From Callorhinchus milii (Eukaryota): a DNA stretch of 64,000 nucleotides. A program made the translations under genes and the position numbers. A model generated the notes under the pieces. It worked only from the letters and a program-made list of their open reading frames with translations, did not search any database and was not told where the DNA came from. The stretch spans positions 84,818,001 through 84,882,000 of the forward strand of contig NW_024704742.1 in the NCBI RefSeq assembly GCF_018977255.1. Direction: 5' to 3'. This document shows, in pieces, positions 39,391-52,756 of this stretch; within the stretch, counting starts at the first letter, position 1, and each line of letters opens with the position of its first letter.

Positions 39391-42300
39391 GTCAACATAC
39401 TGGTCAAAGTGAGGTGAAATGTATTAATACAGAAAGAACAGTGAACTGGTGGAAAAACCTAATACAGGTCAGAGGGTTTTGTGCAGACCGCAGAGGGCAG
39501 CAACAACAAAATTTACATTTGTATAGCGCCCTTTACATTGGAAGGACGTCCCAAGGCGCTGAACAATCAATGTTCCAGACCAGCAAGTGGTGAAGAGAAC
39601 ATAATAGGAGCAAAATGTAGAGAATCTGGAATTCTATTGCAATATTGTGGGAAGATTGTGTGTACTAAAAACCTATTAATACTCATCTAGTCGTTTAGAA
39701 ATCAATTCAGAAAAATAATTTATGTTTATAGATATATAGAAGCTTTTTACACAGTAAAAGGATATTGTATTCCGCCCACAAAATACGCAGTCAAATCCAC
39801 TTTACAGTATATTCTCTGAAGTGCTTTGAGATGTGTTGCAGTGTGATAAGGTGCTATATCAAATGTAAGGATTATTATTATTATGATCATTATTATTTTG
39901 CCCATCGAGTCTGGGCTAACTGTTTTTACCATGTGTCCTTTTTTNCCATTATTAATCCCATTTTCCAGTAATTCCCCAGATCCCTTAATAGAGTCAGGCT
40001 TTAGTTTAATGAACACAGGTTTTTCTTTCAAATGGAAGAAAGCCTGGGTTGAAACCAGATAACTAGTTACTCTTTGTTCAAGAGCTTACTGTATATAAAA
40101 AAATAAATAACAAGTCTTGCTTAAAGTATACAGAATGATCCTCGTCAGGTTGCAGCAAAGTGTACCAAAGTGCAACCTCACTAGCGCTCCTGAGTCAGAA
40201 ATACACAGTCACTACACTTTACTGTATGACCTGTGAAGTGCTTTGAGACGTTCTCCCAAAGTGAAAAGCGCTATATCAAATTTGAGGATTTTTTTTAAGC
40301 TATGACTCTTGAGCCTTGAAAAAAGACATCTCAGGGGAGCCTTTATAGAGAAACATAAAATATTGAAGGGGATAGAGAAAGTAAACCCAGAATAATACTT
40401 TTGAAGCATATCACAAGTTCAGAGATGTGAAAAGTATGGATAGAATAGACATTAGGAAAGATTTCTTATCACAAAGAGTCATCAACAGCTGGAATGGGTT
40501 ACCGTGAGTGCATGCTTTGGACATTGCACTCGTTTAAAAATCGATGAGATACTGTAATGGGAATGTATGAGACACTTCATTGGGAAGATGGTGGGGTGTA
40601 GTTGATAAGATCAAATGAACCCATGGGTGTTATGATACTCTCTCTGCTGTGAGTGTACGTTTCTGGGTACCACCCACCCAACCTACTGTGTTCTGCACCT
40701 GTTGCTATTACCACTGTTGCCAGGGCTCAGAGATGCAAACAGTGGTATTAGGTGCTAATAACATGCTATACGCACCTATTGTCTGAAATATATTAGTAAT
40801 GTTGCCTCCGGGTTTGTTTTACCGATGGGTTGGTACAGCTGCTATACAGAGATAATGTTTATGTTGTAAAGAATAGAAGCGAGAGTTGCCTCCTCATCAT
40901 AAATTAATGCAAACTCTATTACTTTGCTGTATTTAATTAGAGCGCTCAGAGACTTGGTGCACAGGGAACACCTGTTATTGTTATCGGAACCAGGGAGCAG
41001 CCAATCCTCCCGTCAAACAAATGAGAATTGCTGTAAAGGCAGAGTGAACAATGGGAACAGCTGCCTCTGGCCCCTTCCTTGAGGATAGAGTAAATCCTGT
41101 GAAGTGGTTTGAGACGTTCTCCTGGCGGGAAATGTCAAATGTAAGGATTATTATTATTAGATTTTCTCAACGCTCTCTCTCCTCACTGAGCTGCTCAGCT
41201 CCACCCTCCACAAGTTTCAACTCACCCCAAATTCATCAAATCTGTAATCTTTCCCATCCTTAGCTCCACACGCCCTTACCCTCCCCACATCCTCGCCAGG
41301 CTTCACTTTGCTCCCAGTACCCCAGCAGTTCTGGCCTCTGCCAGATTCTCAGCATGACCTTCAAATCCCTTCAAGAGCTTCATCTTATATTAGCTTCCCA
41401 CTGCCAGATTCTCAGCCTGGTTCACACTGAGTAAGAGAACGTGGAACACACTGGTTTGATTTACTGTGACATAGAGGCCAGCTGCACTGCTGTGCACATC
41501 CCAAGTTACTTTAATTTATAAAAATAATTTTTTAAAAATTCCTTGCATTTGATATAACAACAACAACTTGTATTTATATAGTGCCCCTCATTCAGGGTTG
41601 CATCCCAGAGTGCTTGACCGTAGTGGAGAACACTAATAATAATATAATAATAATAATAATCCTTGCATTTGCTATAGCGCTTATCACATCTTCGAAACAT
41701 CTCAAAGCGCTTCACAGCAGCATAACATGGAGCCCAGAGAAGGTGACCGTAGAGAAGGCACGGTCGAAGAGGAAGGTCTTCAGGCGCGACCTGAAGGTGG
41801 GGAAGAAGGGGAGCTGCAAGTTGGAGGGTAAACCTCCTTTCATGTCGAGAGGACATCTCAAAGTGCTTTGCAGGATTTACTGTCTAGTGGAGTATTAATT
41901 TACAGACTAACACTAGTCAGTGAAATTGAAATCGTCAGGAAAAAGCTGCTGATTTCATTCCTGATCAAAGTCGTATCCAGGCTTGCCTGAAGCTGATGGA
42001 AATTGGCAAACATCAGTAAACGTGTAGATACTTGCTGATTTGCTTCATGTTCCATTACTCATTTTTTGTCTTCAAAAAAATGGACGCAAATCAGTGAAAA
42101 ACAAAATAAAAATTAAGGGTTGACATTAACCAACAAAAATCAGAAAAGGTAAAAATTGTTATTGCAGTAAAACTCACATAAGTCTGATTTGCATAAATTG
42201 TATAATCACCTAAGTCGTATATGGTGCCTTAGCCCCATTAAATTTCCTTTTATTTATTTGTTTCACATAACTCACACGTTGCATAATTCATATTCAATGT

Positions 42301-42470
42301 ATGGTCCCAACTGATATGACCTATGTGAGGTTTAGTGTAAATCCTTATAAGCAGTGTTGGTGGAACCAGGAGCGGGCAGGGACAGGGGGTGAGTGCCCCT
42401 TCATTGAAGACATTGAGGGGTCTGTTTACACATACACACAACCCACCGCCCCATGTAAAAATCTTCTGGC

Positions 42471-42672
42471 CTTATCGTCGAATGTGAGGACGGATTCGTT
42501 AAAGGTGCCACCACCAAGGTTGAAGGCGAGGATGTTTCTCCCTCTCTGCCCTTCTTATCCAGGCCAATGGCAATGGCGGCAGCTGTTGGCTCATTAATGA
42601 TGCGAGGATGTTGAGCCGGGCGATCACTCCTCCGTCTTTGGTTGTCTGGCACTGCGAGTCATCGAAGTAAGA
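42471..42672 (-). pseudogene. Fragment of a cytosolic HSP70 (HSPA1/HSPA8-like) ATPase domain, frameshifted
   Basis: Reads YFDDSQCQTTKDGGVIARLNI / [19 protein letters not shown] / NILAFNLGGGTFNESVLTFDD versus HSP70 [38 protein letters not shown]...FDLGGGTFDVSILTIDD; two frameshifts. Confidence 0.9.
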
Positions 42673-43949
42673 TTTCTACCGTTTATCCCACCCACCTCCC
42701 CGATCTCCCCCTCCATCCCCATTGTAAAAACCTTCCGCAACCAATGCTTATAATCGCTTTGAGATGTTGTCCCGTGTGAAGGGCGCTATATAAATTCAAG
42801 TTGTCGGAATCGTTTATTAACACTTTATCAGAACATGGTTTCAAGAGCTTCACACTGACTGCTTTATATCGCATTTAAAATAATTAACTGGTTTATTGCA
42901 AGTATTTCAATACATGTTACAACATATCAGCATATTTACACCAATTCCATGTTTGCTTTGCATCTGAGGTATGTGCAGTATACAAATGTAATCTTGTTGT
43001 TGTTGTTGGTGCAAATACCTGATAACTCGACCCTGGCCTAACTTGTCACTATCACTTAAGTCATCATGCTGTCAATATCTTGGCTGCATTTATTTATGTA
43101 TTTATAAATATACATAACTTGCCACTCCAGATAACTCATCACTCAACCCTTTCCCCCTGGAGTGATGAGTTGTCAGGAGTTTATTGTAAGTTATATAAAC
43201 AATAGAATTTGCAGTATAGGGTTAGACCTGTCTGTGTTTATGGTAGCCAATTTGCACACAGCAATGTCTCACAAACAGTCGCAAAGAGAGTGACCAACTT
43301 TATTTTGGGGATTATTGGCCAGGACACCAGGAGAAACTCCCTTCTCTATGAAAGAGAAGTTTATCCTGGTGTCCTGGCCAACAATCCACCAGATAAATTG
43401 ATCAGTGTTTTGATGGCTGTTTGTGGGAGTTTGTTGCATGCAAAAAAAATTGTTGCCCATAAATAGCCAATATATTTGACAGCATGATAAGGTGACATGT
43501 TTGACCATGGAATGTCAGAATCGAATCTACCCTCTGTGGTGGACATTGCTGATGGCCGCACAGCCAGCCTGGCACATCAGCTGGACTTGGAAGGGTAGAC
43601 CAATCATTGCAAGCAGGGATTCTTCCCACTCAGCTTCTGTCAGCCATGCAAGCCAATGCCCTAACAGGTGATCAGTGGGAAAGCTTGCCAGACAGCACCA
43701 AGCTATGTGGTTTAAGCAGTACCCCAACCCATACACTCTGGGGACCCCAAACTTTGGCTCTTTCCACCCTGCACCTAATCCTCTCCGGAATTAGGTAAGC
43801 AGGATGCGTCCCTCCAGGGAGAGTGTGCGCATTCTGTTCCGCAAACATGCGAATTTCCAAGTGGAGGTGAGATGTATGGAAATCGGTCTAATTTGGATTC
43901 TCTTAAGCATGGTGCTGGGTATCCCAGACACCTGGATGATCAAAACAAA

Positions 43950-44148
43950 TGTCTTTTGAAAATGTATTTACCAGTTCAACAGCATGCAAATGAGAACAGT
44001 ACACTTTACAAGATCACTAGAGAGGTGAAGCCTCAATTGACCTGATCTTTCCAGAATTCCAACAATCTGGGGTTTTCCTGATCTGTATCGTTCAGTGTTA
44101 CATGACATTGTGCATTCACCCACTGAGCTACGAGAGAAACCTGCTCAT
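43950..44148 (-). repeat. Left arm of a ~200-bp inverted duplication
   Basis: Reverse complement of 46951-47158; only a few mismatches in the first ~110 nt. Confidence 0.9.
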
Positions 44149-45089
44149 AATTAAAAATTAAAATTAAAAACATATTGAAACCCAGAGATTTTTGCATTTG
44201 ACAGTCGTGGGCTGAAAGCAGGTAAGTTGTAGCTAGTTGACTGTAAAGGTGGAATTGATGTAGCGTCACATTACCAACAGCATAAAATGGGTCTGTGTGT
44301 AAATAAGACTTCCTTGTAATCCTTTCAGTGGGATTCCAGAAGACCAGGTTCAGTGTTTGCAGAACATGTTGCAGCAACCTTATGTGCGGGGGGGGGGATG
44401 TATTCAAAAAGGTTTCTGTAGATCAGGGCTATAGTAGTCCATTGTTCAGTGAAAAATACTACATCTCTACAGGGTGAACAAAAATCTAGAGGCCAAAAAT
44501 TCCACCTAGTCTCAGCATGTAAGACCATGGACTTAAATTTAAAGATCATGCAGAATTGTGGCAAAATCTTAAAATCAGACATAATTTAGAATCTCGTTCT
44601 TTTTAACTGGCTTCATAATTAAGGCTGTGACTGGGTGGAATTTCAGACTTGTGGTCATTGGTTGACACATATTGTAACACCTCTATTTGGACCTGGAAGG
44701 GAGATAATCACCAATACCTTTTTGCCTGTCATAAGTCCATAGAATTCAATGAAACACCACCATCCAATCTTTCTATTATCATCAGCTTGGGGCTTGAGGT
44801 TGATGTGCAGAGGTGCACATACTCACAAATTCCTTGAATTCTTTCTGGTAGGAGGCACGTCTGATCTCCAAATTATAGGAGTCTTTCTACACAAAGCCCA
44901 TGGCCCCAGGATCTTCAGGCTAGATAGCACCTGAGCAGAAACACTGCCCTTCTTCCAGAACATTTTGCACAAACATTAATTACCTACCATCACTCACTGC
45001 AACCGTATGAGGAGCCAAATAGTTGATTGAGAACAGAGTCCTTTAGTCTTATGAACAAAGAGATGTACATTACAGCTGCAGTGTTATCT

Positions 45090-45815
45090 TGGGTTATATG
45101 CTCCCTCTCGGTGACATCATCCACAAAGCAGATGGAACCCAACTCTACCTCTCTGCCACCACCCTTGTCTCCAGGACCACTGCTGTCCTGACAGAATGTC
45201 TGTCATTACATCAAGTCCTGGATAAGAGCTAACTTTCTCCAGTTGAACATCAACAAGGCCGAGGCTCTCCTGCTTTTTCCCATTAGCACTTCCACACCTC
45301 AGGCACTGGCAGCATCACCATCCATGGTTGCACACTCCACCTCACTGAGCCAGTCCGGAACCTTGGCGTCTTGTTCAACCCTCAACTATCCTTTCTACCC
45401 CACATCCATGCCATGACCAATTCTGTCTTCCCCCGTCTCTGCAACATCGCCCGGCTCTGCTACTGCCTCTCCCCTCAAGCCACCAAGACCATCATTCACG
45501 CATTCAACACATCCAGGATGTGATGAATGCTTTTTGGCCTTCCCAACTCTTCCCTCCATAAGCTGCAGATCATTCATTCAGAACTCTGCAGCTCGTGTCC
45601 TCTCCTGCACCAGGCTCCGTGACCCTATCACCCCACCTTCGCCTGACTCCACTGACTTCCCATCCCCCAGAGGATAGAGTTCAAAATCCTCCTTGGCTTC
45701 AAAGTCCTCCATGTGGCCTTGTTCCTCCCTACCTCTTTGACCTGCTAACTTTATATAGACCCATCCATTCTCTCTCTCCCATCATGAAAGGTACTATACA
45801 AATGTAATTTGTTGT
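45090..45815 (+). mobile_element. L2-clade LINE fragment
   Basis: Nucleotide similarity to the other L2 copies (catcaagtcctgg...aactttctccagttgaacatcaacaagg). Confidence 0.85.
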
Positions 45816-46129
45816 TGTCCAATCTGTAGCTTGTGGAGGCAAATGTAATTTGTCGGATTGTGCAAAACAATTAGATCCGGTTGTACTTTCTTGACTGGTT
45901 GAAGTTGGAGCATTGGTTGCTGCTGCTAAGTGACCCTGTCTGAAAGTTACCCATCAACAGTTTGTTTTGAGAAGTCATTTCGTCCCCACCACTCCTCCCC
46001 ACTTAACCCTAACCCACCCTGAAAACAGTACCAATGCCACCCTGAAGCCAGTAAAAGACAATAGGAGGAGACACAAGAGCAGCTGGGTGGCTGACTCTCC
46101 CTTGGATTTTCCCTTTCCATGTAGACCTA

Positions 46130-46770
46130 TAACATGAAAACACCTCAAAGCACTTTGCAGTAATTACTATTATGTGCAGAGACTACTTGTTTATAGGTGT
46201 ACACAGCAGTCAGTGTATGTACAGCAATGTCCCACATACAGCCAGGAAGTGAATGACCAAATTCTCTGGAGGACCTCAATTTAATAGCTCATTGGAAAAT
46301 GCAGGATCCCGGCCCCCCAGATACACACACACTCTCAACATTGCCCTGGAATATCAGCCTCAATTGGGAGCTCAAAGCCCCATAACAAAGTTAGAAGGTT
46401 GTGGGTTCAAGCCCTACATGGGACTTTGAGCTCATGTCAGCTTAGGCTGACACTCAGAGCAGTGTTGGCAGTGTAATGCATTGCTGGGCATGTTATCCTT
46501 CAGATGAGATGTTACATTAAGATCCTATCTGTTCAGGTGGGTGGTAAAAATCCCATTTGAAAAGAACAGGGAGTTTTTCCTAGTGTTCTGCACATTAATT
46601 ACCCAGATAAAATGTGGTCATTCACTTCATTGCTGTTTGTGGGACATTGCTGTGAGCAAATGTCCTTGCATTTGCTTAAAAATGCACTTCACAATATAGT
46701 CTGTGTAGTGCTGCAGGACATCTCGATGAGTGATAAGGTGGTAATCCAAGGATCATTATTATTATTAACA
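46130..46770. mobile_element. Two old Deu-domain-like SINE relics, head to head
   Basis: + copy about 46390-46770 (ccttcagatgagatgtta...gaacagggagt...gctgtttgtgggacattgctgtg); - copy about 46130-46380. Confidence 0.55.
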
Positions 46771-46950
46771 ATAATAAATCCTATGACCCAGAGGTGAGAG
46801 AGCTACCAACTAAGCCAGGCTGACTCATCCAACAAAGGCACCCAGCCACGAGTGCCTGTTTGTGGTGACTTCACCCACATCCTAACATTGCAATCCAGTT
46901 TTGAGTTTATTCCTGAGTAAGTGGGTATGTTGCGGCAATAATTGAGAACA

Positions 46951-47158
46951 ATGAGAAGGTTTCTCTCGTAGCTCAGTGGGTGAATGCACAATGTCATGTA
47001 GCACTGAATGATACAGATCAGGAAAACCCCAGATTGTTGGAATTCTGGAATGATCAGGTCAATTGTGCCTCAGGGCTTCTCCTCTCTCGTGATCGTAAAG
47101 TGTACTGTTCTCATGCGCATGCTTGCTATATTGTTAACTATGTTTCAAAAACAGTGTT
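46951..47158 (+). repeat. Right arm of a ~200-bp inverted duplication
   Basis: Matches 43950-44148 inverted; both give NAQCHVxLNDTDQENPRLLEFWxDQVN in the ORF track. Confidence 0.9.
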
Positions 47159-47772
47159 ACACAAAGAAAACACATATTTTTTTATTGTTATAATTTCACA
47201 TAACAATAGAATGCTTGAAAAAAACTATTGTAGCACAACAGAAGATACAAAAGGGAATATCCTAAACCTAAGTAAAGCTTGCTCACCATTCAATCCATAA
47301 TTCTATTGTGTTAAACAACCCTTGTAGAGTGAGTGACTCATTTCTGAGAAAATATTACAACTATTAGTGATAATATGGATTCATCTTTTGGATGAGACAC
47401 TAAACTGTTGTGTGAAGCAAGATAAAATAGTACCTGGAATTTCAGTATTGTTCTTTCAGTACGTAGTCTACAGTTAGAGTCCCTCTAGAATTATTTAATA
47501 ACTGTCTTAAAAAGTAATGGTGTAATGCGGAATTAAATGGGATTCGACTCTTGTCCCACTTTCTCTCCATCCCATATTCCAAGTTTACTCACCAGCCCCA
47601 TTTAGCTCTATCCCAGACCTAATCTTTCCCTTCCAACAAGCAATCAGCTACCCAATATCTGTTGCTCCCGCTTGGCTAACTCCACTTCATGCTCTTCTCT
47701 GCACCCTGTGAAATCATTGACAAGAAGTGGAGGAGTCTGTAGTATTATTTAATAGTCAAATCAGATCTATTC

Positions 47773-48148
47773 GTGGAGTCCTGTAGCTCAGTGGTTATAA
47801 CACTAGCCTTGCAAGTGAGAGACCTGGGTTTGATTCCCCGCAGGGTGAAATGTTGGGTAAGTTTTCTTATTCCACACGCCTCTGCTTACCTAGCAGTAAG
47901 TAGGAACCCGGTTGTTAGTTAATTGTCAGATCACTTTTCCGGGGATAATAATCCCTCGAAAAAAAACCAATGAAGTTTGGTCACTCAATCCATGACTGTT
48001 TGTGGGGCACTGCTGTGCGCAATTGGCTGCCACGTTTCGCCCACAAATATACAGTCAATTCACTTTACAGTATATTTTGTGAAGTGCTTTGAGATGTCTA
48101 GAAGATGTGAAAAGCGCTATATCAAATGCAAGGATTTTTATTATTATT
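47773..48148 (+). mobile_element. tRNA-derived SINE, long subfamily
   Basis: gtggagtcctgtagctcagtggtt head through aaatgcaaggattttta tail. Confidence 0.88.
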
Positions 48149-48796
48149 CCCCCTCCCACTCTCCCTCTGTCTCCCCTCCTTTCACACTCATATTTTGAAT
48201 TTATTGCAGATTACCACCTGCGTTTACCTAATTTCCGTATGTTTTTTTTCCAGATCATCAACCCCTTTTGTGATCAAGACAATAATTTCCTGTCTGCCCT
48301 GTGCAATTCTTCTTAAAGAAAAGCGTGTTTTTCTTCCTGTTTAACTTGGGTTTATTATCAACATCCAAACTCATTCCAGAGATTCAAATCAATGGGTTGC
48401 TCATGGTTGTATGATGCTGTCACAGATTAGCTGCCATGTAATTGGTATTGTCATTGTTATTATCGTCCTTCCTGTGCTTTATTCTGTTTCATGACCACTC
48501 AATGCCCTTCCAGTTATTTGATCTATGTAACTGGATCTACTCTCTTATCTCTTCCTGCTTCATCCTCTATCTTTAGGTCTATAGATTGGGGTCTACTATC
48601 TGTGGGGTCTATGAATTGGGGTCCTGCTTTGCCCTCTATTCTTGTGTTTACGTTTTATCCACAAAATACAATCAATTCAGTTAACAGTATTTCCTATGCA
48701 GTGCATTGAGATGTCTCGAAGACATGATAAGGTGCTGCATTAAATGCAAAGATTATTATTATTATTACAGTCACCATTCGTGTGCTTTTTATTTTA

Positions 48797-49143
48797 ACAA
48801 TAATAATCCTTGCATTTGATATAACACCTTATCATGTCATTCAGATGTCTCAAAGCACTTCACAGAATATATTGTAAAGTGAATTGACTGTATATTTTGT
48901 GGGTAAAACGTAAACACGAGAACACGGTAGCTAATTGCGCACAGTAGTGTCCCACAAACAGTCATGGATTGAGTCACCAATTTTTTTTGAGGAGTGAATT
49001 AACCCCAGAAAGTGATCCAACAATCGACTGACAACTGGTTTCCTACTTACTGTTAGGGAACAGAGACATGTGAAGTAACGAAACTTGCTTAAGGTTTCGC
49101 TCCATCCAGGAATCAAACCCGATTCCTCTCATTTGTAAGGCGA
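48797..49143 (-). mobile_element. tRNA-derived SINE, long subfamily
   Basis: Tail and body similarity; head truncated. Confidence 0.82.
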
Positions 49144-50869
49144 GACACAAATTTCAGGACAGACACCAGGAAGTATTTCTTTAGCCAGCAAAGATAATTG
49201 AGGCCAGGACGCTGTATTCATTTAACTGTCATCTATCTAACTGACTCACTGTCAACAGTGGGAATTGAAAAAGGACACACTCTGTAATGTTACTACTAAT
49301 AATCACATCAAAGCTCCGATACACTGTGTGTGCCTCGCTGGGCTATTGTACTGTTTAGGAATCTTCTTGATTCTTTGCAATAAGTTTAAACATTCAGTAA
49401 GTAGTTGTGAGCCTCTGAGCATTGGATGTCTGTGGCACACTAATTACTGAGCATCACATTGTACATTCCACTGCGGTATGTCAGGGACTCACATCAAGCC
49501 TCAACACCTCAGCTTAACACGCCCCAAAAACTTCAGAAGAGGCAAATTGACCACCTCTCTCTTATTTGTGTGGGCTTGTAAGCTCTACACAATTCCCAAT
49601 AAACAAATTAATCATACTTCATGCCCTGGCACCTCCAACCTGCTTACACCCCTGTCCTCTACCGCCTCTTTCTCTCAATTAACTCCAACCTCCTGCACAT
49701 CCCTCGTCTCCTCCGCTTTATCATCAGCAGCCGTACTTTTAACCACTACTTAAGACAAGACTCTGAAACTCTCCGCCTTATTCCTTCCATCTTGTTTACT
49801 TCTTGCCCGTTTTTAGATCAAACCAGAGAATTTAAGGATCGCCCAAAACTATGTCCAATCTTACATTTTAATCCTGCAATCATCAGGCTAAGATCACAAA
49901 GAAATGTTAGACCTGAGGGGGAGGAGCCCTGGTTAAATTTTCTGATCCCTAACCCAGAGCACGGGACTGAACGGGTGCAACTTATTTCATTGTTGGAACT
50001 TGACAACAATTTGCCTGTGTCAGGAATTTGCATGTATGTTGATTTCATATTACTTATGAACTTCAGAAAAACATGAAGCTATGCAAAACATGATCTCGGT
50101 AGGGAGGGATAAAGAATGAGGGACGATAGATATCAACCAACACATTTCAGAGTTAGCTTCTAGGGCTTTGTACTACTTTCAAAACTGCAATGTTCCCCGC
50201 TTTTGTTTGCTTAGTCAAACCCATCACCGTGCTTAAGAGTATTCAAACCAACTGAGAGTTCCACATATACACGCCACCCAAGCATGGAAATTTCCGTATC
50301 TGGAATGGAATGACAAACTTTCTCCCTGGAGGGATGCATCCTGTTTACCTAGTTCTGGAGAATATCTAGATGCAGATAGTGAAGACCTAAAACATGATGA
50401 TCTCAGAGGGTGCAGTGGGGATATTGCTGGAGGTCAACAAGCTGAAACCGCACATCAATTTTACTTCCAAATAAACAATTACCAGTGTCGTTGTTGCTTC
50501 CACACATGGTCTAGAACAGGATTGTCCAATACTTTAACCAGTAGCCACATGTGACAAATTGGGAATCCAGATGTGGCAAAATTACATTTTTGATTAGTAA
50601 ATAAAAAATGAGTGCTAGACACCGACGTTGGTGATATGATATCAACACTCGTATTTGCACAGTGTATGCACGTGAACCTTTTTTGGTGTTTGTTGGTAAA
50701 ATGGTGAAAAGCAGCATGTGCAGAGGTCATGCAACCGGCAAAGCAAGATAGTGCGGGTGAATTGCCATATTTTCTCATGTTTCAGTATTTAGTAAACAGA
50801 AGCTGTCGCGAGCTACCCAAATTCCAGCAGATGAAAACACTAGAGCCCCAGGTAGTTTAATAACTTCCA

Positions 50870-52756
50870 TTGCTTCACAGTGTCCACACATTTATTAACA
50901 TAAACAAAAGGCAGGTCTCTTGTGACAATAAATAAGCAAGCTTACATCTTAATATCAATAATTACAGCCCATGTTCCAAAATAGAGAGAATTATTTTACA
51001 ATTTACATTAAATAGTAGTCATTAAATGTTATAAAAAAGTAACATTTCAACCCTGAAATGGAGTGTGCTACATGCAAGCTAAGGCAATTTTTGTTTTCGT
51101 CAGCCGGATGTCCGACATATGCGGAAACCCATGTGCTAAATTATGTGATCAGTACTGATCTGTGAATAACAGACAAGGGACAGTCAGCAGTGAGCTCTGT
51201 TGTTGGTGGTATCCAAAGATGCAGGAAGCTTGATTGTGGTTTTTAATTAAAATTTTGAGTTGTCAGACTTGTCTGAGATTGCCCTTCCTCCTCAGCACCC
51301 AGGCACAAATTTACAACATGTTTCACAGGGGATCAGTAAAAACGGAACCCCAACAACAAATAGCCACTCACGAGAATTCCTCTCCAACGCAAACCGAGGA
51401 CTTGGGAGAAAAGTGCCCTGCAGGAGATGTGCTTATAATAATAATAATAATCCTTGCATTTGATATAGAGCCTACCACGTCTTCGAGACGTCTCAAAGTG
51501 CTTCACAGAATATATTGTAAAAATAACTGATTGTATTTTTATGGGCAAAATGTGGCAGCCAATTATGCATAAACAGTCATGGATCGAGTGACCAAATTAT
51601 TTTTTTTTAAAAATTGAAGGGATTATTAACCCCGGAAAAGCACTCCACCAATCGATTAACAACTAGGTTCCTATTTATTGCTAGGTAAACCGAGGTGTGT
51701 GGAGTAAGGAAACTTGCCTAACGTTTTGCCCTGCCTAGGAATCGAACGCAGGTCCTCTCGCTTGCAAGGTGTGTGCTCTAACAATTATGCTACAGGACTC
51801 CACAAGTTTTACACCGTGAGGTAATATTTGCAATGCGGACAATTTTTCTGACGAGCATTCTCACAGCTCCCAATACAGCTAATTACCTGGACATTACAAC
51901 TGTGACAGCACATATTAATATACCCCAGCTCACTGCTCTGATACACCAACCAACAGTAAGGGTGGCAGTGAGACTCATTCAAACAGGAAGAATATCGCTA
52001 ACCTGCTACTACCTTTGCGTGTGATGGTTGCTGGTTTACAGTCAACAGCTTATGTGGCCACCACAAAAACATTACATGACCCACTTCATTCGTACCTTTG
52101 GCAATGGGGGAGGAGGGCTGGTTGCTCAGCAATTAGGCTGCTTGCATAAAATGATTGAACAAGATTGTTTTCAGTGAAGAGACATAAAGTACCATGGAGA
52201 AACCAGCTGAGCTTGAATTCTGAGACATTGTGTGTCATTGCGCAATGCACAGGGGATAACACTGTAACAATACAGTACAATACAATACATGACAAGTTTA
52301 CATTTATATAGCGTCTTTCACGTCGAATGGACATCCAAAAGCACTTTTAGCAGTACTGGCTGAATGCTTTCTGTTGAAAAAAAATCTCATGGAGTATTTT
52401 TTTTCTGACAGTGAGAAGCCAGTAACACTGCCTGTTGCTGCCAAACTCATTGTCCCCTTAATCATCACCTGAAGCTGCTCGTGTTCTCATTCCAAAAGCA
52501 GCAAGCCAGGGCCAAGTTTTCTTCTCAAAAAGAAATCCAAGATTCTTTACACTTGGAGTTTAACCCCAACCCACTGCACTGGGCAAGTGTCCGGTGAGTT
52601 TAGATATTTAAATAAAATGATCCAGCCAACAGGAAAGAGTTGTAATACGGGCCTGCGTTTTAAAAGCCAAGGGATATTCCCTTATTATTTGATGTTGTTC
52701 CTGCATCTGCGAAGTTTGCTCAAATGGCCAGTCTAGGAATAGCACTCTTCCTGTCT
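50870..52756 (-). other. SUSD1: Candidate SUSD1 terminal 3' UTR exon
   Basis: Strong acceptor ttttgtctttttattttcaaacag ending at 52757; AATAAA on the - strand at 50896-50891. Confidence 0.45.
51435..51803 (-). mobile_element. tRNA-derived SINE, long subfamily (within the putative SUSD1 3' UTR)
   Basis: Full head to (tta)n tail. Confidence 0.85.

Noticed and set aside
42401..42652. HSP70 fragment as an exon of a functional gene
   Set aside because: Frameshifts, substitutions in invariant motifs and no other HSP70 exons in the window.
47773..47850. tRNA-Ala(TGC)-like sequences at SINE heads (also about 580-645, 17730-17797, 34648-34720)
   Set aside because: They run directly into the SINE body and tail and have degenerate stems, so they are SINE heads rather than tRNA genes.
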